The translations under genes and the position numbers were made by a program. This document shows, one piece after another, positions 35,991 to 49,100 of a stretch of 64,000 nt of DNA (its first letter is position 1; each line of letters starts with the position of its first letter). The DNA is taken from assembly GCA_965153285.1 (NCBI GenBank), contig OZ229114.1; one strand, 5' to 3'. The stretch comes from Podarcis tiliguerta (Eukaryota). The notes beneath the pieces were generated by a model that ran no database searches, had not been told where the DNA came from, and saw nothing but the letters and a program-made list of their open reading frames with translations.

Positions 35991-38983
35991 AGAAAATAAT
36001 AATTTCAAAAAATTGTATTTTACATTTTTCCATTTTCTTTTGAGTCTGTGGCCTGTCTAAACTCAAAGTCCTGTACCTGCCTTTTACAGTACAGAACTAG
36101 CTGCTTTTAGGTACTGTACATAATGAATGGCCATTCCAGAATACTAAAAAGAATAAACTGTTAGAATCTATGGTGGCTGTGGTATGCCTGAAAATAAAAT
36201 CAGCTAGGCATGGCAATTGTGATTAATCTTGAATTGTTTTGTAGACACATGAAAGAGGACATTGGAAACCTTTTAATGAACAGGAAAATTAGTCAAATAA
36301 AGAAAGACACCAAGAAATGGTTATATGTAATCACATGATATTCTGATGAGGGCCAATCTGAAGAGCCAAATGATTTAGATTGGTTCAGGATGATGACATC
36401 GGGTTTGCAACTATTAAGATTGCTGGGATCCTTTGATTGATTAATAGAAATGACATGTGCAATTTGGAATTGTATTAAAAACATTGCTTTGGATGTGGTT
36501 CTTTGCAGCCTCCTCCGTATTTCTGAGCCTGTGCCTATGCATATTTGTATTTCAATAAAGACCTATCTTTTCACTTGGAACCTGCACTTTTTACCTGTTC
36601 TAGCAAGACTCTTCTATTCTTCAGGAAATGATGAAAGAATTTCCCAAAATACCCCAAAATCTATTTTAAATGTCTGTACTCTTATTCCTGATGCAGGTTT
36701 CATCTTCCTTGGATTATTATTTTTTAAGCATCAAGCAATACTTTTGAGTCATAAACAAACCTAACCCACCCTAAACCATGGCATGAACACCCAGTCACTG
36801 TGTGGAAGCAGAGATGAAGGCACTTGAATATTTTTCACTCCCTAACAGGCAAGAAAGCAGGTTCTCATTATTGAAGAGCTGGAAGCATACACTCTGGTAA
36901 TACTCACCAGGGGCTCTGTAGCTAAGTAAGCAAAAGAATTACAGTTGCTAATCAATAAGAAAATAAATCTGGAAGGCCTGAAGACATGATATTTGAATAA
37001 AATAAAAAAGTGTTTTATTTTGCCCTGGAGAGTAATAGTAAAACACTTTTCCTTTTAAAAAAGTTGATCTTACTCTCTCGAGTTGGCCACTGGACAGTAA
37101 TTGTAATCCTCACCACAGGTAGGTAACAGAACCCTAGCATTTTTCCTATATCCATTATATGCATGTAGGAGTAATATTTGATCTTTTTGAACAGCATTAC
37201 CCATGAGAGATTGTTCAGTTCATTATTTCTTCCCAACTATGCACCAGGTTTTTGTCTGGCGTTTCTCATGCTAATGATGATTAATAACTGTGAAAGATAT
37301 TCATCTTTAATTATTTATCAATACAATGCCTGCCCTTGTGGAAAACATGCTAATATATTATTTCTCTTCTTTCAAACCAAGAGAAGTTTCATCATGGGGT
37401 AGGTAAATGTTTGAGATCTGAAGATCAAGGAAGCTGTAGGGGAATCTGCTACTTGAACTGGACATCTTGTGGGCCATGGCTGGGATTGAGCCTAGTGATC
37501 TCCCTGGAAATGTGAATCCTTAGACTTTCCATTGAGCACAGAGAGTAATAGGGATTTAAGTAATCAGCTTCTGTGTATGGCATTCAATAGGAAGGCTCTA
37601 GACCAGCCTGATGTAAGTACTAGGAACCTGGTCTTCAGCCACTGCCTGATTAACATAGTATGCTCCATATTCTACACTCTGTTCCTCATTTCTCACACTA
37701 GTTCAAGGCTTCAACTCCAGCAAAGGACGGAAAGGAGGTTGGGTTGAAAAATCTGCATCCCACATCTTTATTTGGAGGCTACTCAAGGCTAGGGTAGCTA
37801 TGAGTTCTACCCTACAATTCTACGTTTGAAAGGCTATCCGGTCCAAATCTGGTTGAACAATAAAGAGTCATAAGAAGGTAGAGGGGGAACCTTGAAGTTG
37901 CCCATCAACAAATTGACATGGGCAGCAGATTGAGCAGTACATAGGTTGCAGTCTTCCCTGCTATGCTGAGCTGTATTGTGTTTCTATTTAGATTATAATT
38001 ATTATTTCTAAATTCCCATCTATACATGCAAAGATACATTTTAACTGGGCATGAGTTAAGTGGTAGCCTTACACAAGGCCCAGGTCTGGCCTTAACAGGA
38101 GTAATGAACTGGGGGCTTAGCATTGTGTTCATATTGCGCTCAACTTTATGGAAAGAGCTGTGTTATCTTTGTTTCTAGCAAATATTCCATAAAGTTATTA
38201 TAATACATCAGATTGAGTCTTATTAGTTTGAAATATATGGGGAAATCACTGAAGAGCCGCCCACCATGAAACTGGTGAACGGACACTACAGCCGCCACAT
38301 ATCTCTTGATCATTTCCCACTACTTTCTCTTGCTTGGCAATTATTGGTTCACACACAAACTCTCTTTATTGACTGCTCAACTTTTGAGAAATCTAAAAGT
38401 AAATACCTCAGAGAGGAGTCTTAGACCCTTGCTATCTCTAACACATTCTTTTAGCTGGGCCTAATTATTTCCGGTCTTTCCTTTATCTATGCCTCTTGTG
38501 ACTCCTGCTGTTACTTTTTTTCTTTTGTGTTACTCACTGATGGGATTCTTCTATTCAATGTGTGTTCTTATTGGGAGGGAGGGGGAGAGAAAAGAAAAGA
38601 ACCTTTCTGAATATTCACGGCACAAATGTTTTCTGCATGGAAATGTTCTCCAGACATTTTTTTATGTGCTATTTAGTCTTTCCTGCGTTCAAGAGCACTT
38701 TTAATCCCTCTTGTTTGCACCCAGCTTGCTACACATACTGCATTAAATCCATCTCTCTGGTTCCATTGATTTAAAAAGCAGTTTGGGGACTAAGAAAGCA
38801 CAGGTGCAGTCTTGGAAAGTTGTATGAGAACATTCTGCTGATGGTCCTTTTATTGGGGGATAAAAAAAATCTGTTCTTTCCATAGCATCGCTTCTAATGA
38901 AGAGGGGAAAGCATGACATGACAAGAAAATGTGGGAAGGGAAAAGAAATCTCTATGCTTCCATCTTTGGTTAGAGGATGAGAT

Positions 38984-39357
38984 CAGGTGCGGGGAACATT
39001 TATTTAGTCTGAGGACCACATTTCCTTAGCGAGTAGCTTCTAGGAACCACATTCCAGTGATGGGTGTGGCCAAAGACAAAAGTGGGTGAAGCAAGGGTCA
39101 CTGACCCTTAGCTTTGTACAACAGGCTACATTCTAGCCAGGCAAAATTCAAAGGTATCTCATCAACACACATATCTCCATCCTTTCAAACAAGCAAGAGG
39201 CCTTATCACAGTTCAAAGACACATTCAAGCCAGGCATAAGAGAGCATGGAGTAGGAAAAGTGAGGGGTGTTTCCTGGTGAGGCAAGTGGCCCATGGGTTC
39301 CATCGATAAATCTTGAGGCCCCCATTAATCCCCCAGGCCAGAGGTTTACTACCCCTG
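38984..39357. mobile_element. Old hAT-like non-autonomous element
   Basis: Imperfect TIR caggtgcggggaac / gtttactacccctg; related fragment near 7350-7600. Confidence 0.45.
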
Positions 39358-39485
39358 ATCAAGAGAGAGCTGCTGATTCATTAGGCTAAGCTTTAGCCAC
39401 TGAGAAAAATCAATTCTCGGCAGCAAACCTGTCAGGGACCTGTCAAATGTGCAACTTGCAGCATTTTCTGCAGGACTTTTTTGTT

Positions 39486-39790
39486 GAAGAAGAAGAAGAA
39501 GAAGAAGAAGAAGAAGAAGAAGAAGAAGAAGAAGAAGAGAGGAGGAGGAGGAGTTTGGATTTGATATCTCGCTTTATCACTATCCGAAGGAGTCTCAAAG
39601 CAGCTAACATTCTCCTTTCCCTTCCTCCCCCACAACAAACACTCTGTGAGGTGAGTGGGGCTGAGAGACTTCAGAGAAGTGTGACTAGCCCAAGGTCACC
39701 CAGCAGCTGCATGTGGAGGAGCGGAGACGCGAACCCGGTTCACCAGATTACGAGTCTACCGCTCTTAACCACTATACCACACTGGCTCTC
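39486..39790 (-). mobile_element. Young tRNA-derived CORE SINE (Squam3-like) with (TTC)n tail
   Basis: Minus strand gagagccagtgtggtatagtggttaagagcggtagac...ggttcgcgtctcc head, CORE gtgaccttgggctagtcac; (GAA)n at 39486-39538. Confidence 0.9.
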
Positions 39791-40592
39791 ATGTAGGCCC
39801 ATTTAAGTGTAGACCCTTCACTTTTCATTGGGACTACAGCACAAAAACCAATCTCCATACTCCAATAAAGAAAAAAGCTTTTTGAGAATCAATTCTTAAA
39901 TGGTTAATAATAAGATATATTTCAGCTCCTCCGTTCCATCACATATCATATAACTAATGTATCTCAACAGGCCTTTTCCTAAGTTACTCACTCTCCAGTT
40001 ATCCCTCTTCTGCTGGTCAGTCTTGACCACACTGGTGTCTCCTTTAATTTTTCACTCCTCTCTGTCCAGTCTGGTCCAGAATTCCATCCCATCTCCTCAG
40101 GCATATTCAACACAATGGTAGCTTCGTATGCAATACTGCTAAGCTTTAACCTGACAGAATCATAAACAGAAGTGGACACATTTAACTTAATTTGAAGCCA
40201 CTTGGCTTCCCAAGTTTGATCCATGAGACTTTTAAGGACCACATGCTCTCTGGCCAAAAAGTACTCATTCAGCTTACTTGCTGATTTGTAATGAGGGTTG
40301 GCAAGCAGAAGGGGGGAAAGAGCTTCTTCCCCTCACCTCTGAACTTTAATGAAAAGGATTCAGCCTCAGGCTTATAGTCCTAAACAATTTTGTATAATGC
40401 AGAATAATAACTATGATACTTTCTTGGACAGAAATAACCATCTTTTGGAGCTTTTAAATACTCTAGGAATTCCAGAATTGTGTGTCATAGTGTATTAGTG
40501 TGCTGAAATGGGCTTTAAAATGTGCCTTGGAAAATTAAGCCATAGCACTAGATGCACCTACCATCCTAAACACAATAGGGAGATCCATGGAG

Positions 40593-40595
<3 letters not shown>

Positions 40596-40645
<50 letters not shown>
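40596..40645. repeat. (CT)n microsatellite
   Basis: Seen directly in the sequence. Confidence 0.95.
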
Positions 40646-40650
<5 letters not shown>

Positions 40651-41810
40651 ATCTAAAGGCATTGACATCATCCTGAGAGGGGAATACATTGGGATTCCTT
40701 GATTTAGACCACACTACAACTGAAAAGTGAGGGGGATACCCACAAGTATCACTGTTTCCCACCCCTACATTATCCCACCCCTAAGTCATGACTAATTGAA
40801 CAAAGGAAAGGATAAGAGATAGGAATAGAGGACATGCTTCAACAGGTTCTGATATTCATTTGCCTTTTCGTTTTTTTCCTTTTTGTATTATCTCATAATA
40901 TCTTATTTTGTACACAGACATTTAAGCAACACAACAAGCCATAACATTAAGATGAGAACAAACCATTCAAAAATTTACACATGTCCTCATTTCCAGGAGA
41001 GCAGCCACAACTGTTATGGCCTCATTGCATTTCAAATGATGCAAAGGAGATTGAACGTAATTATGACCCATATGAGAATAAGAGTTACAGTCATTTATTT
41101 TGCCAGATATGCCACACCATTTTCAATTCCATAGCAATTAGTTTATTTTGCACAGACCTGTTTTCTATGTTGCCATTAGCTGCAGTGGAAATAAATCTAT
41201 TTTAAAACATTTTAAAACAATTTTTTCAGCCCACTACTATGCACTAATGTTCAGAAATGGACTTTTTTATTTTTAAAGTTCCACAAATCCCACTCACCAC
41301 TGGGTGAAACTTGTTCATGCCTTTTGAGTGCCCTCTGGAAAATAATATTTAAAGGTCATGAACATATTCAGCAAAGCTTCCAATTCATCTCAACAGTTAA
41401 AAAGTAAACAAATAAAAAAGAAGTTTCTAATATTCATTTCAGCTCTAAAATCAACTATGGTTATCACACCAGTATTTGGGGCTGCTTCTTTAAAAAGAGG
41501 TAACTTTTGAGCTGATGAGATATTTCTAGTAACTTAACCTGTTGGGTACAACTTTTCCTCCCATTTCCACCCACCCCATCCTCTTCAGCATTGCGCAGGA
41601 ACGATTTGACATATGCAACAGCATGCTCTTCACTACAAGCTGTGTTCTCATCCTGCAGATCTCATTAAATGTCATTACCCAAACACTGGTAGCCATGTGT
41701 GGAAAATGTGTTTTATATTTCTCCCTTCCCCAAGCATCCAGATAAGTTCCCTATCCCTCCTACATCAATATGATTCAAGCTACAATTAAGAAAGCACCAC
41801 TCATTTGCCT

Positions 41811-42057
41811 TCCTGCCAACCTAGCAGTTCGAAAGCACGTCAAAGTGCAAGTAGATAAATAGGTACCGCTCTGGCAGGAAGGTAAACGGCATTTCCGTGC
41901 ACTGCTCTGGTTCGCCAGAAGCAGCTTAGTCATGCTGACCACATGACCCGGAAGCTGTACGCCAGCTCCCTCGGCCAATAAAGCGAGATGAGCGCCACAA
42001 CCCCAGAGTCAGTCATGACTGGACCTAATGGTCAGGGGTCCCTTTACCTTTACCTTT
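41811..42057 (+). mobile_element. Sauria SINE, 5'-truncated
   Basis: Sauria body and (ACCTTT)n tail; perfect 12-bp TSD actcatttgcct (41799-41810, 42058-42069). Confidence 0.95.
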
Positions 42058-44124
42058 ACTCATTTGCCTGGTACTGGGGAATGCTCCCTGTGTCTGATGG
42101 ACAGCAACGCATCACTGTGTGAGAGAAACAGAGAAATCAATATTGTGTGAACTCCACAATCGACTTCAGCAGGGCATAGCTGACTTCCCTTGGTATGTCT
42201 GAGGTTGGGGTTTAGGACTAGGGGATGTGAAGTAGCAGTGGCTGTACTCTCTCTAATTTTGTGTTATGCCATGCCCCCGCAGCAGCCATATTGCGTTATG
42301 CCACACCCCCATGGCCATTATTTTGTGACTGGTGTCCCCAGCTCTTCCTTAAAGTTCAAAATGTGTCTGCTGGTCCAAAAATTCTGGTAGCCTCTATTCT
42401 AAGTTACTCTTCTAGACACGTGAAACCCTGAACATGAAAGACGCGCTCAAAAAGACAGGATATGAAGTCAACCACAAAGCGCTACAAAGCCTCACACATC
42501 TGGGCATTACTATAAAGATTCCCTCAGCAAGGGATGTAGCTTCCAAACTGGTTTGAGCTTCAGCCTCATAGAACATAAGTGCTGCCTCTTCAAGTGGCCA
42601 AACTCCTAAATGACTATTAAATGGAGATGGGGGGCTTCGACCAATTCCCCCAACCATAGCTTTGCAGTTAATTGAGCATTTAAAGGAAACAATTTCTCAC
42701 CTTCAAACAAAAGATGCTCTTTTCAGCTCCAGATCTCGCATAAGTAATGTTCTCAAATGCAATACATTCATTTATAGTAATTTTCCATTTCACAGAGGCT
42801 CCCATTGAGAAAATTCAATCTTTTGCGAATGTAGAGAAACTTGGGGGGCTAGCTTTGCAGCATCCCTGTGGGGTTCCCAGTCTAATGTGAATGTTTTTGC
42901 AGAGAGCCACAATCCAGTGTCACAACATCCCTATCAAACCCCCATCATTTTACCTCCATGCCATGCGTATACACAAAAAAGGCTTCACGTGCTTATTTCT
43001 AGCGTGTGAGTCTGCTGTGAAATACATAAGAGCAAGTCCAGACTAAACAGGGATTGCAACAGTGAATGTCATTGAAATCATGAGAAAACTCTGTCCATTA
43101 TCTGCCTTCCCTCACAAGAAAGCCACCACAGGGTAGTTGCACTTAAAGATTGATGTTAATTCATTGTCATCCCCGCATGGCGCAAACTCAAAGGCATAAA
43201 GCCAGATATTTTTGAGAAAGCCCCGTCCTTTTATCTAGCTTTGCACAATTGTTTGTAACAGCAGCTGCTTGAGTAATGGCAAAATTGCTGCTCTCCTAAT
43301 TATACCTTCAATGATCTTCCTTAGGCTGTGGTCCAGCGGTCCCTGGGAGAGCATCCCAGGACTCACAGCAGCGCAAATCTCTCTCCCTGTAGGCAGAGAA
43401 GCAAGTTTGTAGGTGAAGGAGGAGGCCTTCTCATTACAGAGGTGAAATGGTGAAACCCTCCTGGGTTTGAGGTTCCGGGGCTGCCCTGTCACCTATTTTG
43501 AGTTATTATTCAACTGCCAGGCCAATCAGCTCCAATATGTGGAATGAGGGAGAGGGGCACATCTTGTCCTTCAGCTCAGTTAGCCAAATTTATTGGGCCT
43601 AAGTTGGTCTGGCAGTCAAGAGTAGACGCTGAGCAGCCTTCAGTGCCACCATGCTAAAGCTGTCTATTCATTTCATGTGCATAGCTGGGTGAGGAAAGAG
43701 AGCAAAGGCCAGTGGGTGGGTGGGGCTTCCCTTCATCCTTGTCCATCCCCAGCTCACTTTGTGCAACCATTGGGAACCTGACAGGTCCTAGAAGCCATGC
43801 CAATGTAGAAATTCTAAAAAAGGATAAATTTCAGTATATGACAAATGCCTTCTTAATTCACTCATCTGTAAATAAACTATGGTTCAGATGTGAGGAGAAG
43901 TCCATTGGTCACCATGGCTAGCTGAAGACGTTTTGCTACCTGAGGCAAGGACCACAGGTACAAAAGTGTATGGGAAACAGTCCTACTAGAAAAGCTAACC
44001 AACAAATTGAAATTAGCATGGGGACAAACAAAAGAGGATCCCTTCGCCCCGGTGTGGCTCCTGTTTATTACATATACAGCCCAACAAAGATCTAACCCCA
44101 CCAACAGCATTTGAATTGATATAG

Positions 44125-44182
44125 CTTATTTGACCCAACAACTGTCTCCCCCTCTTATTTGACCCAACAACTGTCTCCCCCT
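44125..44182. repeat. Perfect 29-bp tandem duplication
   Basis: cttatttgacccaacaactgtctccccct x2. Confidence 0.95.
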
Positions 44183-44356
44183 CTCACACACAAACAAAAC
44201 TCACTGCAGTCAACTGAATGCAACAAACCACACTCTGGGCTCTCCAACCTCTCACACTGCCAACATACATATATACATACATACATACATACATAGCCTA
44301 TCCATGTGACTCTGGCACAGAACTCTTGCACATACACTATGCAAAAGAATTATTAA

Positions 44357-44493
44357 TTATTATTACTATTACTACTACTATTTATACCCTGACCATCTGG
44401 CTGGGTTTCCCCAGCCACTCTGGGCAGCTCCCAACAGACTATTAAAAACACGATAAAACATCAAACATTAAAAACTTCCCAAAACAAGGCTGT
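44357..44493 (-). mobile_element. L2 LINE extreme 3' end
   Basis: tttataccctgaccatctggctgggtttccccagccactctgggcagct...cattaaaaacttccc; (TAT/TAC)n tail. Confidence 0.85.
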
Positions 44494-45342
44494 AATGAAA
44501 TATCATTATCCCACACATCTCTCTTCCCCACAACTTCACAATGCTTATGATAGCAGTATCTCACACTGAATGTAAGTGACCTGTAGAAAGGACTCTATGA
44601 ATTGAAAACAGAGACATTAAATGTACCTTTATTATCCATGAAAATATTTCAATCGCAACATATATATATTTTTAAAAGATGGTAATCTCCACATTCCAAG
44701 TATTGGGGATGCCTAGACTGGCAGCCGAATCTTACTTCATGTTGATGATGGAACAGCATCATCCATTCACACCTGAAGGCAGAAGGCTGGCATAAATGAT
44801 ACAGGGCAGATCATGTGGCATGCACATCTCTACCCCACATTGCCACTTACTGTGCCCTATCCTACCCCAAACATTTGGCATAAAGGCAGCTGCCTCACTC
44901 TGCCTACTATAGTGCCGGACCTGCCCAACAATTTCCCAAAATTTTCAGAGCATCTAATTGTATTCATCAGAATGAAATTGGGGTGGTTTTTTTTCCTTTT
45001 TAGGGAGGTGAAGGTTTCACACCTTTCTGAGTACACCTCAGTTGCTAGTACAGATTATTACAGTTCAATGAGTTGCTAATTAACACCCAATTATAGAACA
45101 ATCTGCCATCTCAATCAAGGACCTGAATCAGAACAGAAAGGATTACAAAACTGGATATTATATGGCCTAACTTAGCATCTGGTTTTATGTGGTCTGCATC
45201 AGAGGCCTAGAACAGGGGTTTTTACACTGGGTTTCAGAGAACCTTGGGATTCCTTGGAAGCTGAGCAGGAGTTCCTCCATGAGAACAATCAGTAACGGAA
45301 GACAGTGCCGGATTCATGTACAGGCTAAGTAGGCTGAAGCCT

Positions 45343-45560
45343 AGGGCCTCTAAATTTAGGAGTCCTCACCAGCCTGTCCTCTCTCCAGTGCCTCAGTCTC
45401 CCCTCTCCCAAAATTGCAAACCCAAGACCGCATGTGAGGGCAGGACAACTTGGGCCTCTATAACTAGGGGGCCTTGCCAGCCTGCCCGCTCCCCAATACC
45501 GCAGTCTTCCCTCTCCCAAAATCGCAGACCCAAGACTTCATGCAAGGGCAGGGAAACTCA
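45343..45560. repeat. Two diverged ~108-bp tandem units, following a hAT-like end at 45303
   Basis: gggcctcta...ccagcctg...ccctctcccaaaat.gca.acccaagac..catg...gggcagg..aact occurs twice. Confidence 0.75.
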
Positions 45561-45580
45561 GGCTCAGCAACTATGAGACT

Positions 45581-46111
45581 CAGGGCTAGCCAGTGGGGCC
45601 CAATTGGAAGTAAAGAAGGTAAAGGTACCCCTGCCCGTACGGGCAAGTCTTGACAGACTCTAGGGTTGTGCGCCCATCTCACTCAAGAGGCCGGGGGCCA
45701 GCGCTGTCCGCAGACACTTCCGGGTCACGTGGCCAGCGTGACATCACTGCTCTGGCGAGCCAGAGCCGCACACGGAAACGCCGTTTACCTTCCCGCTAGT
45801 AAGCGGTCCCTATTGATCTACTTGCACCCGGGGGTGCTTTCGAACTGCTAGGTTGGCAGGCGCTGGGACCAAACAACGGGAGCGCACCCCGCCGCGGGGA
45901 TTCAAACCGCCCTAGGCGCTGAGGCTTTTACCCACAGCGCCACCCCGTCTCCAATTTGAAGTAGTGGGGCGCAAATTGAATTTTTTTTTGTAGGGCCCCA
46001 GTTCACAGCCAAAGTCTGCAAAATCTTATACATATAAATAAAATCCATCTAGATTGGGCACGCGGGGCCCAATTTGGCCAAATTGCTCCAATTGCCTTAA
46101 GGTCAGCCCTG
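45581..46111. mobile_element. hAT MITE, interrupted by a Sauria SINE
   Basis: TIR cagggctagcc / ggtcagccctg; perfect 8-bp TSD atgagact (45573-45580, 46112-46119). Confidence 0.9.
45613..45951 (-). mobile_element. Sauria SINE (young, CpG-rich)
   Basis: Reverse-strand Sauria body and tail; 12-bp TSD caattggaagta / caatttgaagta. Confidence 0.95.
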
Positions 46112-49100
46112 ATGAGACTGTGCAGGGGTTGTACTGAGAAGACCTGCACCTTCTAGGTCACTGGTGTCACTATTCAGAGTACAGACTCAAAGACTTGTTA
46201 TGGAAATAAAGAGCATCACTTATTGGAAATCAGTTTTGTCACCTCTTACCCCCCCCCCCACAAACCTTGAGACAATGAGCCCAGCCACCTTTTATTCACA
46301 GTCGCATAAGCACTACACTACAGCATGGCCATAAACCTGTATGTTCAACCGCTGAAATATACACCCAATATGTAGCAATGGAGATGTATGTTATTACTTT
46401 ATGAATGAGGACTGTGATTTATGAATGGACTCTGTATTTTGTGAATTACCTAAGAACCACCAATAGGGAGCTCTAGAATCTGACAGCTAATCAATTGGAT
46501 ACTACCAAGCAGCAACCCCTATTGCTGAAAGCAGGTAACCAACAGGAAATGCTTCAGCTCAGCCTTTGCACTGTTGACTGAACATCCCCTGCGGTGCAGA
46601 TAATGGAGAAAGCTCATAAATTGTATCCCTTCTGGCATCCTAGCCAACTCTATTACGCTGGTGTAAACCCTGGTGCACCAGAGGCCCAGAATAGCAGCAA
46701 ATAAAATCCGCTCATACGTCAGTGAATGATGACTTGTCAACCAGTTCTTCCAAAGTCTTCCTAAATTATATAGCTCCAAAATAAAGGCAAAAGTGAGCAG
46801 CTCTGGGAAGAGTGAGGCATGCAATGGGTACCACCAGTGAAAAGGCCCTGCTCCATGTAGCTCCTGCCCTGTCATTTGATAGGGTGCCTATTCTATTGGA
46901 GTCTCCAGGGCCAGTACAAAGACCATAAGAAGGGAGAGCTCAGACTTTGAAGTTCCCAACAGCTGTTAATCAAGCAAGCAAGCAAGCACACAGGTCACCT
47001 TTGTCACAGTCAGGACACCTATGTCCTGGCCAGGCCTGCACCCAATCTTGTTTTTGTACAATCTTGTTTGTTCTCAGTAACCAAAATAATATTATCAACA
47101 TATACAAGCAGAAAAGTTGTTTTCCTTCATTTGCAAGGAATTGTACAAAACAAAGTGGCACTAATAAAGAAAGGTTCCAGGGTGGCAACAAAAAGCAAAC
47201 AAAAAATGCTTTTGCAGTTCATCCAAACTATCCAGCAATATCAAGTTATATGAAAACTGGTGCTATTAACAGTAATTCTTCTAGTTGACGTGTGATGCTA
47301 ATTATTTCCCCAAAGAGTTAAATGATAACTAATCAGAGGCAGCTACAGTTGCAAATGGCAACAAAATATCTGTGAAAGGAAGAGGAGCAGGTTTGCTCAA
47401 GTGTGTTGCCGGTAGAAATACTGTTTGTAATGAAGTGAGAGCAGTAGTTTGCTTGCTCAAATTAACAAATCAGAAAGTTTTGAGAATTTAAATTCTAGAT
47501 TAAAATTGATTACTTAATTGAGAAGGGGATTGTAACAAAAACACTGGGGCCTAATTTGAATAGTAAAGTGTCTGGTATCTGGTGGGCAATCTCATCCTTT
47601 ATTTCCACACTGTGGCTGCAGACCAAAGCACTTGTATGAGATTCAGGTGAGGGTCAGATGCCTTGTTAATCCCAGCAGGTATATAACAGGAAGACCAGGC
47701 AGGCCTGTGGACTACCAAGGCCATCTTAGTGCTCAATTAGTGCCCATCTTAACTTTCCTAACATTAATTGTTGTAACTCTGAACATTTCTGCCAGGGGCA
47801 GACAAAATACCACCTCTGCCACCATATAGGCAAAGTAAAGAAACCCAAACATCCACAGGACATACTATGCTCACCTCCTATGTCAGACATGTAAGGATGT
47901 GGTGATGCTGCCATGCACTAGAGTTCCCTAAGGTGCGCTAGGTCTCATCTCATCTGTCCCTATGGTTCTAGAAGGAGATGGTCCTGTTTGTGGGCCAGAA
48001 GTAGATGAGGTGAGATCTAGCATAGCCTGATGGATGTCCCCAGGCAATGTTGGATTCCTTCTTGTTTTCTCTGTTAACATATTTCCTTCTTTCAGGCTTT
48101 GACTTTTCAGACTTTCATTTATGTTGAGTGTTCCCTTTTCATGAATGTGAAAGAGAGGGAAAGGTTATTAATGATTTAGAGAGCAGTCTCGGTGTACATT
48201 GCCAAGTTACATAAGCAAAAGAGGCAGATCCCTCCCTGGAAAGAGCTTCCAATCTAATTATGGAGAATGAGTTTAAGTGAAACAAGGGCTCAACTGAGGT
48301 GTTGAAAAATATGACAAGAGAGTGACAAGAGAAATAGCATGATAAGAGAGTGGATGTACAATAGTGGGTACTAGCGAGATGACGAGCACAGCAGCCAATC
48401 AGAACAAAAGAGAAGAAGCAAGAGTCAAAGTCTTAGGTTATGGGAGAGAGGCGCTATTCAGAGATGACATGGATTTGCTCCAAAAACTTGGTGAAATTTC
48501 ATTCTAGTTCCATTTCTATTGTGTTCTTTGAATAATTTTCCTTGAATTGCAGGAAGAGATGTTTGTGATTTTCAATCTCATTTAATTTTGACATCTGTTA
48601 CCATGCAACTCACCCATTTTTTTCCTGACTGCCTGGCTTTGTGAGGGAATGAGGTAAGAGATATAAGTTCCTTTTCCATATTAGCTGAGAGAGTGTCTTG
48701 TGCTATCTTCTTTTTGTATAGCCACTGACTAGGGAGGGGGCAAATTTCAGCATGCAGACAAGGTCAGAATATTTGTCAGATGGGTCTTGTGTCTTGCAAT
48801 CTATTATAACTTGGTTGATTTCCAGGCCTAGCTACCACATTATTTTCAAAGTCATCAAAACAAAGCTCATTTCCCCAGTTATTTTAGCATGGAATCCTAG
48901 AGATGTCACCAATTCTATGTCAACTGAAATTTATCCCAGATTTTGGGCTTCCAATTTGGAGCAATGGTGTTCTCCTGAACTAGAAACCCAGCTTCAGAGA
49001 GGGCTTACATGGGTGAATATTTCTTCTGAAGCTGCCCTCATTTCTAGTGGCATTCAATTAAGTCCTACTCAGAGTAGGGCCATTGATGTTAATGAACATG

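Noticed and set aside
36343-36372. ctgatgagggc...gccaaa hammerhead-like string
   Set aside because: Lacks the invariant GAAA and has no stems I/III or Penelope flank.
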